A DNA stretch of 64,000 nt, from the NCBI RefSeq assembly GCF_009914755.1, contig NC_060926.1; one strand, given 5' to 3'. Below the pieces are notes generated by a model that saw only the letters and a program-made list of their open reading frames with translations, ran no database searches and was not told where the DNA came from. The translations under genes and the position numbers were made by a program. Below are positions 54,157 through 64,000 of the stretch, piece after piece. Source of the stretch: the human T2T-CHM13v2.0 reference genome, Homo sapiens. The first letter of the stretch is position 1, and each line of letters starts with the position of its first letter.

Positions 54157-54344
54157 GGAGGGAGTAGAGGTATCTTATACTTGTGGGTTAAGGTGGGGGG
54201 ATACAAGAGGAGGACGCAAAGGAGGCTTTGGGTTGGGGAGAAGGGCATCAATGAGATGCAGCTGTAGCCCAGGAATAGTCAGGGAAGCAGATAATTTAGT
54301 TAAAGTGTCTCCGCCTAATAAGGGAACTGGGCAGGTGGGGATAA

Positions 54345-54533
54345 CTAAAAGGAGTGCTTAAAAGAGTATTGCCTAAGTTGGTACCAGAGTTGGGGAGTTT
54401 TAAGAGGTTTAGAAGCCTGGCCGTCAATACCTACAACAGTTACGGAGGCAAGGGAAACAGGCCCTTGAGAAGAAGGTAATGTGGAGTGGGTAGCCTCCGT
54501 ATTGATTAAGAAGGGGATGGGCTTACCTTCCAT
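54345..54533 (-). pseudogene. HERV-H protease relic
   Basis: GKPIPFLINTEATHSTLP..VVGIDG (degenerate DTGA motif). Confidence 0.85.
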
Positions 54534-54613
54534 TGTGAGAGTTACTCGAAGCTCGGCGTTTGTGATGGTCTACGGGGCTTTCGAGGTGATCGGGCAGCAT
54601 CAGTCTTCAGCCG

Positions 54614-54853
54614 CTAAGCCAAGGAGGAGTCAGTCAGAGAGCCTTGGGCCAGAGTTCCAGGGGCTCTGGGAGTGGCTACCAGGTGAGTTGAACAGTCTGA
54701 TTTCCAGTGGGGTCCCGCACAGATGGGACATGGCTTAGGAGGAATCCTGGGCTGCAGGCATTCCTTGCCCTGGTGGTCAGATTTCTGGCACTTGTAGCAA
54801 GCTCCTGGGGGAGGAGGTTCTGGAGGAACGCCTGGCCACTGCGGTTCAGGCAT
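54614..54853 (-). pseudogene. HERV-H gag nucleocapsid relic
   Basis: Zinc knuckles CYKCQKSDHQGKEC and CPICAGPHWKSDC. Confidence 0.9.
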
Positions 54854-55874
54854 TTGGAAGTTCTTGTGTGCTGGAGATGTGGCTGGGTTTGTCTCACAGT
54901 GGAGGCAAGGAATTGCAGCTTTTTTCTATTATTGTACACCTTGAAGGTGAGTTAATTAAGTCCTCTTGTGGGGTTTGAGGGGCAGATTCTAATTTTTGGA
55001 GTTTTATTTAATGTCAGGAGCAGATTGGGTAATAAAATGTATATTGAGAATAAGATGGCCTTTTCATCTTTTAGGGTCTAGGGCTGTAAAGCGTCTCAGG
55101 GTTGCTGCCGAATGAGCCATGAACTGGGCTGGGTTTTTATATTTGATGAAAAAGCCTAAACGCTTCTGATTTGGGATAAAGAAAAAGGAGCATTAACCTT
55201 GACTATGCCTTTGGCTCCAGCCACCTTTTTAAGAGTAAATTGCTGGGCAGGTGGGGGAGGGCTAGTCATGGAATGAAACTGTAAGCCAGACCAGGTGTGA
55301 AGAGGGGAGGTGATAAAAAGATTACAGGGTGGAGGAGCAGAGGCTGAGGAAGAATTGGGACCTAGCTCGGCCTCGCAAGGAGGGGAGAGGTCAGATGGGT
55401 CTGTAGAAAAGGAAGATTAGAAAGACTCAGCGACGCTTGGGGTTGGTACCGAGGGGACAGGCGGGAGGGAAAGAAGATTTGGGAGGAGTTGCACTGGGCA
55501 CAGAGACTAGGAAGGGACTGATGTGTAAAAGAATGCCTGTATGTCAGGCACCTCAGACCATTTGCCTATTTTACTACAAGAATTATTTAGATCTTGTAGG
55601 ATGGAAAAATTGAAAGTGCCGTTTTCCGGCTATTTGGAACTACTGTGGAGTTTGTATTGGGGTCAAGTGGCATTGCACAAGAAAATAAGACACTTAGATT
55701 TTACGTCAGGTGAGAGTTGAAGAGGTTTTAAGTTCTTAAGAATACAGGCTAAGGGAGAAGGAGGAGGAATGGAAGGTGGAAGCTTGCCCATAGTGAAGGA
55801 GGCAAGCCTAGAGAAAAGAGTAGAGACACGGAGAAGGGGTGGGGGTTTCTCGCCCTCCAGAAAAGCAGAGAAAG

Positions 55875-56075
55875 GGTTGGGACACTGAAATAAGGGATTG
55901 GGGCACAGAGATAGGAAGTTGGGGTGTGGAAATAAGGGATTGGGGTGCAGAGATATAAGAGGTAGGGGTGCGGAAAGAAGGGATTGGGGCACAGAGATAT
56001 AAGAGGTTGGGGCATGGAAATAAGGGATTGGGTGCAGAGATAAGAGGTTGGGGCACGGAAATAAGGGATTGGGGG
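55875..56075. repeat. HERV-H leader tandem repeat (about 42-bp units)
   Basis: Repeated ggaaataagggattggggcacagagatataagaggttgggg. Confidence 0.8.
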
Positions 56076-56656
56076 TTCTTGCCCCCTAGAAAAGCGGGAC
56101 TTGCCGCTAAGGGTGAAGGAGAAGGGGTTGAGGAGTACTTGCCCCTCTCCCAGAAAAGCAGAACAGGGGTAGAGACAAGGAGAGAAGGGGTTGGGGTACT
56201 TCCCTCTTCTCCAGAAAAGCGGGACTTGCCGCTAAGGGTGAAGGACCAAGGCAGGCGTCCCTGCGTGGTCTGACACCTTTGAAACGTGGGTGAATAGTCA
56301 GAGAGGTGTCCCTGCAATGATTAAACACCAAGGGAAGGCTGCCTTCCCAGTCCATGACTGGCGCCCGAGTTTTGGGTCCACGGATAAAATGTGTCTCCTT
56401 TGTCTCTACCAGAAAATGAAAGGAATTGAAATTAAGGGAGAGATTGAAGTGTGGCACCAAGATTGAAAGGAGAAAGAGGTTGAGGGATAGTGAGGGAGGT
56501 TGGAGAAGAGAGTAAAAAGAGGCCGCTTACCGGATTTGAAATTGGTGAGATGTTTCTTGGGCTGGTTGGTCTGAGGACCTGAGGTCATAGGTGGATCTTT
56601 CTCATGGAGCAAAGAACAGGAGGACAGGGGATTGATCTCCCAAGAGAGGTCCCCCG

Positions 56657-56674
56657 ATCCAAGTCATGGCACCA
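56657..56674 (-). other. Primer binding site, tRNA-His
   Basis: TGGTGCCATGACTTGGAT vs expected TGGTGCCGTGACTCGGAT; both mismatches are CpG transitions. Confidence 0.9.
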
Positions 56675-56676
56675 GA

Positions 56677-57129
56677 TTTCTTGCGCGTCTGTGTGAAGAG
56701 ACCACCAAACATGCTTTGTGTGAGCAACGTGGCTGTTTATTTCACCTGGGTGCAGGTGGGCTGAGTCCGAAAAGAGAGTCAGTGAAGGGAGATAAGGGTG
56801 GGGCCGTTTTATAGGATTTGGGTAGGTAAAGGAAAATTACAGTCAAAGGGGGTTTGTTCTCTGGCGGGCAGGAGTGGGGGCCGCAAGGTGCTCAGTGGGG
56901 GTGCTTTTTGAGCCAGGATGAGCCAGGAAAAGGACTTTCACAAGGTAATGTCATCAGTTAAGGCAAGGACTGGCCATTTACACTTCTTTTGTGGTGGAAT
57001 GTCATCAGTCAAGGTGGGGCAGGGCATATTCACTTCTTTTGTGATTCTTGAGTTACTTCAGGCCACCTGGGAGTATACGTGCAAGTCACAGGGGATGCGA
57101 TGGCTTGGCTTGGGCTCAGAGGCCTGACA
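56677..57129 (-). promoter_or_regulatory. LTR7 5' LTR promoter/enhancer
   Basis: Intact TATAAAA (56807-56813), two ACAAAAGAAG SOX-like motifs (56983-92, 57033-42), downstream splice donor CCG|GTAAG at about 56530. Confidence 0.75.
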
Positions 57130-57671
57130 CATAGTATACTGAAAATTCAGAGGTCTTAAATGTTCCTCTTTGTAGCGACTGTCCTATTGTGACATTATGC
57201 TTTCTCTTAGTCTAATTCCTTCTTTTGTGCTCTGAGGGATTTAAATTGAAGTCTGAAATAGGTGAACCAAACATTCAAATAAAATCCTTCATTTGAAAAT
57301 ACTGGCACACTGAAAAAAACCTGGCACACACTGATATACGTGAAGCTTCAGTTTGGAGTTTTCATTTTACAATTTGTTTTGAGTATTATTATTAGCAATT
57401 TTTTGGATATCACAAAAGCAGATTATCTACTGCAGCACTTTGATTAAGAACATCCAGAAGCAAAGCTTGTAGTCACCTCTGTATATATGTCATTTCATAT
57501 TCTTTTTGTTACAATGAGGTGCTTATTCAATCCCTTGAATACAAGTTATAGAATACTTTAACATAGGCATTATTTAAAACTTCCATTATAGTCTTTTAAA
57601 GTTGCTTTACTTTAAAATATTTATTACTTAGGCATAGAAAAAAACATAGAAATAGTATTTTTTTTAAAACC

Positions 57672-59415
57672 TGTAAACAACTCCAGTTTCAACAATGGAT
57701 AGGTCACCCAGACAGAAAATATGAAAACAACAAACTTGAACAAAGCTATAGACCAAGTAGACCTAACAGAGACATACAGAACATTCTATCCACCAGCAGC
57801 AGAATACACATTCTTTTCAAGTGCATGTGGTACATTCGAACATTCAACAGGATAGATAATGTTAGGTGCCAGAATTTAAGCCTGAAAGCATATCAAGTAT
57901 TTCTTCTGATCATAATGATGAAACTAGAAATTGATAACAGGAGGAAAGCTGAAACATTCACAAATATGCGTAAATTAAACAATGTACTCCTGAACAACCA
58001 ACCATTCAGTGAAAGTAGAAATCAAAAGGGAAATTAAAAAAAAAATCTTGAGACAAATAAAAATGAAAACACAACATACCAAAACTTACAGGATGCAGCA
58101 AAAGCAGTTCTAAGAGAGAAGTTTTTAGCCATAAATGCCTGCATTAAGAAAAATAAAATGATCTTAAATAAACCACCTAACTTTACATATCAAGGAACTA
58201 GTAAAAGAAAAACAAAGCCCAAAGTAAGCAGAAGCAGGTAAATAATAAAGATCTGAGCAGAAATAAATAATATAGAGGCTATGAAAACAATAGAAAAGAT
58301 CAACCATAGTAAGAGCTACTTTTCTGAAATGGTAAAATTGATAAACCTTTAGACTGAAAAAAAGATTTAAATAAACCAGAAATTAAGGAGACATTACCAC
58401 TAATATAACAGAAATACAAAGGATCACAAGAGAAAAAAATGACCAGTTATATGTCAAGAAGTTGAATAACCTAAAGGAAATGGATAAATTCCTAAACATG
58501 TACAACCTACCAAGATTGAATAATGAACATAAAATCTCAACAGAAAAATAACGAGTAAGGAGACTGAATCAGAATAAAAAGTCTTATGTTGAAGAAAAGC
58601 CCAGGACCTGATAAATTCATTGCTGGGGTCTGCCAAACATTTGAAGACCTAATACCAATCCTTTTCAAACTCTTTAGGAAAATTAAAGAGGAGAGAATAC
58701 TTCCAAACTAATTTGATGACGCCAGCATTACCTTGATCCCAAATCCAGACAAGGACACTATGAAAAAGAAACCATAGGCCAGTGGCCTTTTCACTGATGA
58801 ACATAGATACAAAAATCTTCAACAAAATACTAGCAAGCCAAATTCAACAGTTCATTAAAAAGATCATTCACCATGATTAAGTGGAATTTATGCCTGGGTT
58901 GCAAGAATAGCTCAACGTACACAAATCTGTAAATGTAATATGCTGTATTAACAGAATTAAGAACAAAAAACATAATCATTTCAATAGATGAAGATAAATC
59001 ATTTGACAAAATTCAATATCCTTTCATAATAAAAATTCTCAACATTTAGGTAAGGAAGGACTATAATTCAACACAATAAAGGCTGTATATTACAAGCCCA
59101 CAGCTAACATCATACTTAAAGGGGAAAGGTTGAAAGTTTTTTCTCTAAATCTAGAACAAGACAAAAATTCCCACTCTCACCACTGTTATTCAGCGTAGTA
59201 CTGGAAGTCCTAGTCAGAGTAATTAGGCAAGAGAAAGAATAAAAGGATTCAGAACTGGAAAAGAAAAAGGTAAATTGTCCCTGTTTGCAGATGACATGAT
59301 CTTATATATAGAAAACCCTAAGGATTCCACCAAAGGGTGTTCAAACCAGTACATCAATTCAGCAAAGTTACAGAATACATAATCAACATATGCAAATTAA
59401 TAACATTTCTATATA
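57672..59415 (+). mobile_element. Old L1 (L1MA/L1PB-age) ORF2 fragment, endonuclease to RT
   Basis: gacctaacagagacatacagaacattctatcc ... ctgtttgcagatgacatgatc (FADD); many stops and frameshifts. Confidence 0.9.
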
Positions 59416-60254
59416 ATAAATTATTTTTGAAAACCTGATTCCTCCTTATCTCTTTCTGGAACACTTAACAAATTTATGTTGAACGTTTTCATTTTACTTT
59501 CATGCCTTTCAATTTCTCCTTAGCTAAATTTCCTTAATCTACCTTCCAGTTTACTAATTTTATCTTCCTAACCTGAGGTTAACCTAATGGATTAAAATTC
59601 TAATTCAATGAGTTAAATAATTGCAAATTCTGAATTTTTTCCCAAATTTTCCTATTATAATTTTATAGTTGTTGTTTTATTATAGTTTTAACTTATTTTC
59701 ATGTCTGATTATTTAAACCTCTATAAGATTGTGTTATTAAAAATTATTTTAGCTTTATACTTCCTGTTTGCTGATTCTATGGTGAGTTATTATTCACATG
59801 CTTTATAATGTGAGAAATTATGACTTAATCGAATGAAGTTGCACCTGTGATAATTAAGTTCAGCTTTGCATGAGCTTGTTTCCCTTGGGAATAACGTCTG
59901 GCAAATACCCTAGTTTGTCAGCCTGGGACCAATTTTATGCACATTTGTCAACATCTAAGTTTGGAGACTATATGGATAATATAAATTCTAGCCCCAAGGA
60001 AGAGATCCTTTCCCTCTCATATCCCAGGCAGATTTAGAAAACGGTCCCTTTAATTTCTCCATGCCAGAGGTTTCCTTGTTTCTAGAACACTGGAGACAGC
60101 TCTTTTAAAATTATTTCCTTCATATGGCAATTGCAATTCTAGTTCTGACCTTGAATGAACTGAAGGACATTTATCCTGTTCCTGGATGGGCATGAAATAC
60201 CAATCTTGTGGTCTACCAAGTAGGACAAGTACCTAAACACATTCCCATGCACCT

Positions 60255-60313
60255 ACACACACACACACACACACACACACGGACACACACACAGACACAG
60301 ACATGGACACACA
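60255..60313. repeat. (CA)n microsatellite
   Basis: Direct reading. Confidence 0.9.
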
Positions 60314-61109
60314 TGCTCTAGAGCAGTTAGAGTTCCATTTTCTAGCCAGTATTGTAGAAATTTCAGCAGATGAGCTTTCAGGTTATTTAATTTTTTAATA
60401 TTTACAAAAGTATATATAAAGCCATGTAAGCTTTACTAACTGCTATGTCACTTTATCAACAGCTTTTAGTTAGTCCTATGAATGTTGTGTAAAAAAGGCA
60501 TCATTTTATGTGTTGTGATTCATCCAAGTTTTTCTGATCTTTGCCAAAGATCTACTTTCTTTACATGTTTCCATCAACAGTGGAGACTTGCTCTCTTTCT
60601 GGAATGTAATGTTATTTTTTCCTTTTGCCTCATTAAAAAGGGGAAGACTGATTTGTATTCCATGTTATTTCCAAGTGACATTTCTCTAAAACTCATTTAG
60701 TGAAGTGTATGTAATTTAATTTGAGATAGCGATGTATTTGTTATTCCAAATTCTGAAAGTATGCCTTTCATTTGTTAGGTTAATTTAAAGTATCGGCAAA
60801 AAAGTGAGTAAATTTTGTATTGGTAAATTACAGGGCACAGTAAAATTATACTAGACTCATTTGGCTATTTTTGTGGGTAAAACTGATGTTTCTTTTGGTG
60901 TTACTTGAGATGTTGATGTCATACTCCTATATCTTTTCTTTAAAACTTAATGTAGTTGTTTTTTCCATTGTTCATAACAAATTACATAACAATTTGCTTA
61001 TATTTAATGACTTTTGCTCATATTTGATAATTTCTATGCTATATATATGTTCTTCTGCTGACATCTTAGAGTACATCTTCATGCCTTTTACAAATATTCC
61101 TCTTCATGA

Positions 61110-61457
61110 TATATACCATGGAATACCATGCATCCATGAAAAAGAATGAGATCATGTCCTTTGCAGGGATGAAGCTGGAGGCCGTTTTCCTTAGCAACTA
61201 ACACAGGAACAGAAAACCAATGTTCTCACTTGTAAGTCAGAGCTAAATGATGAGAACACATGGACACCTAGAGGGGAACACACACTGGGGTTCTTCAGAG
61301 GGTAGTGGGTGGAAGGAGGGGGAAGACTGGGAAAAATAACTAATGGGTACTAGGCTTAATACCTGGGTGATGAAATAATCTATACAACAAACCCTCATGA
61401 CACAAGTTTACCTATGTAACAGACATGCACTTGTATCCCTGAACTTAAAGAAAAATA
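61110..61457 (+). mobile_element. L1PA15/16-like 3' end
   Basis: gagatcatgtcctttgcaggga..aaaaataactaatgggtactaggcttaatacctgggtgatgaaataatc..cctgaacttaaa. Confidence 0.85.
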
Positions 61458-62298
61458 ACTTCTAGAAAGAAAAAATCTATTTTGTAGCATTTGCCTCCTT
61501 TGGTCATATAGGGATTACAGTGTTGTATTGATTTTATGAATCATTTATTCAAGGAAGTTTTACTACAAAATCAAATTTTTTAAATGCCCTTAGGCATCAT
61601 ACTGCCACAAAGTACATTAATTAATGACATCTCAGATTAACTGATAAAACTAATTAAAAACTTATGAAAGAATAGATTTTGCTGTTATTTCAAGGAGGCA
61701 ACATTCAGAGAGGTCAATAACAGAGACGAAATTTTGATTTCTAACAGATATGTTCCTCCACAGTATGTCACATTCACTTAGATTTAGAATAACATATATA
61801 TCACATTATACATATATGTGTATATACATATGTGTGTGTATGTGCATCTGTGTATATGCACACTCACAGACACATATGCACACACATAGCTACATATACC
61901 TACATTTACAAATACATTCAAGTATTATTTCTGCAGCAGAGTTTATAATTACCCAGATGTTTAAGTATTTACTAGGATTTTTCTTTAAAAAGTAAGACAA
62001 AGAAAAAGGTCCTCAGAGTTTCTATGAGTTTTTTTCCAAGAGCGCTGATCTCTACCTGGGCACTTTATTTGTTAGTTTACATGTCTCTCATTTACACTAA
62101 TAGTGTATATTTTATGTTCTAGTGAATACACCCCATACCTCTTCATCTCGTATTCTTTTTAGTCAGCCGTAGAATTTTAAGTAAGCCAGTCTTCCAAGAT
62201 TCATCCTTTGTGAAAGAATATTCTTGGATTAGTGGTTCTGTTGACATTTTTTCTTACTCGGTGTTAATACCCATCAACTTTCCAAGTTTATACATATT

Positions 62299-63310
62299 TG
62301 TTACTGGCCAGGTCCAGATCCATCCCACTTGCCTGCAGCAAGTCAGTCATTGTGACATGGGTTTTGTAAAAGAGAAAATATTTTGTTCACAAGGGAACTG
62401 AGCGAGAAAGTGGGAGAATAGCTCTCAACTCCACCTCCCTAAAGATAAGGCTTAGGGACATTTATGGGTTAGGGAAGTGGGATGGTCTAAGGTACGGGGA
62501 AAAGTAATTGGCAATGGGGATAAGTGAAGTGACAAGTTCATTCTGCCCAAGTAGAATGACCATCCAAATAGTACAGACTCTCAAAATGTAGATTTAGAAA
62601 AAGATAGATCTTCATCCTAATCCGTATGTGCCAGCTCAGCTTTTAATGTGGAGTTTTTCACTGTGGGTATTAGATTCTTGCACAGCTATTAATAGCTTTA
62701 TTACTTTCTGAAATAGTCGAATATGTTCTATCACTCTTAAAAACTTTTAAAAACTCTTCACCACTTACTGTTTTAAACAAACAATGGCAGGTTCCCGGAG
62801 GCGTTTCTGGCCTGGCTTCTCAGCATGTCTCTGCTCTAACCTGAATTTGATTTTCCTTTTTTCAGTCTCATGCAGTGACTGAAGGGAATAAGATTGTGAC
62901 CTCCCTTGTGACACTAAATAGCCAGAGTTCATGGCATTTCATAGGACATATGTACAGAAAATGGTGGCATCAATATGATCTGGGGGTGGAGTTTTTGGTT
63001 CTCCCACCTCAAAAAGTAATCTCTTGGGCACTTGTGCAGGCCCAGTTGAAAGATCAGCGGTCTCAACCAGTTTGAGCTGTCCAGGAGCTGGCCAAAGTTT
63101 CTGAAAAACAACTGAAGCAACTGTTACCATTGTGACTTGTGAACGTTATCTATAACATAGCCAGTGAAAAGTTTCAGCATTTAGTGATGTGTCCTTCAGC
63201 TACTGCAGCCTTCAAGTTCATGAGAAAAGGGGAAAAGAAAATTAACAAGAGGCAAATGACCAAAAGCAAGCAGGTCAGGCAGACCTGATCAAAGTAACAC
63301 CTTGGTTTCC
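62299..63310 (-). mobile_element. ERV1 (MER4-group, MER66/MER73-like) solo LTR, probably with an internal foreign segment
   Basis: tgtta.. and ..ggtttcc termini with 4-bp TSD TATT (62295-98, 63311-14); family assignment tentative. Confidence 0.6.
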
Positions 63311-63409
63311 TATTCCTGTATCATTCTTTCTTCATTGTTCTATTTATGTTCAATCAATTGATATGTTTATTTTAATTTTGATCTTTATTGCAATAACCAC
63401 CATGAATTG

Positions 63410-63590
63410 TCAGGTCTGTAACCCTCAGCAAATGACTCAAACTCTTTCTCTCAATATCTTAATTTGTAACACAGTAATAGAATCTACTTCAAAGGATTAT
63501 GGTGAGAGTGTATTTTCATACATGTCAGTAATTACAGCAGTTTCCTGGCACACAGTACTCATTAAGTAATTGTAAATTATTATTATTTAA
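63410..63590 (+). mobile_element. MIR remnant
   Basis: tgtaaccctcagcaaatgactc..ctacttcaaaggattatggtgag..cctggcacacagtactca. Confidence 0.55.
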
Positions 63591-64000
63591 TATTTATCAT
63601 AAATTATTGGTAAATTTATAGCATCCATAATGTTTATTCCATTGTCATTTCTACCTGTGCAAGAGTTTTATATCTATCCTAGACGTTTCTGTTTCCAGAA
63701 TCACTAACTTCATCTAGTCGCTAACCTTTTGTATAAGCTCTTACTTTATTTCTTAAAGTATTTCTTTGTCATTAGCCTTTCCTATAAACCACTTATCTGT
63801 ATTATGCTCATAATTTATTTCTAAAACACCTATCTATTCATATTTTCATTCTTCAAAACTTCAACAGGATTTTCTAATGATTAACTTCATCATCATTAAG
63901 TAAGGCACACAAAGCTTTTGATTTTCTTGCATTGGAGAAATAAGTAAAATATTATGCCATTCTACAAATCTTCTTGATAAATGTTAAAAAGAAAGAAAAT

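Larger units (their letters stand above)
51341..57129 (-). mobile_element. HERV-H provirus, common 5.8-kb deleted (env-less) form with two LTR7
   Basis: 5' LTR 56677-57129, 3' LTR 51341-51790, tRNA-His PBS, PPT AAGAAGGCAGGAA (51791-51803), gag/pro/pol relics; 5789 bp. Confidence 0.97.

Overview
AT-rich primate DNA, almost certainly great ape/human since it carries an SVA and an LTR7/HERV-H; the species cannot be fixed from sequence alone. I find no supportable cellular protein-coding gene, RNA gene or CRISPR array. The recognisable ORFs come from transposable elements and the rest are short with no recognisable product. Major insertions: full-length THE1A (10161-12491), full-length SVA_A-like element (17211-19066, minus), MER61 LTR-int-LTR (35470-40371), twin-primed L1PA (40558-42381), orphan old L1P 5'UTR, near-complete Tigger1 (47567-50443), 5.8-kb HERV-H provirus (51341-57129, minus), and many Alu, L1, L2, MIR and MaLR fragments. 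I see no convincing new biological system. The most interesting signals are records of retrotransposition mechanics: dense A-to-G change in the SVA Alu-like domain, an L1 inversion with an RT-core deletion and a triplicated junction, an 81-bp polyadenylated LTR mini-retrocopy with TSDs, discordant R regions in the two HERV-H LTRs, displaced gag-start relics in MER61-int, and an extended-palindrome MADE1 split by an Alu. Family and subfamily names come from remembered consensus sequences and need RepeatMasker/Dfam confirmation.
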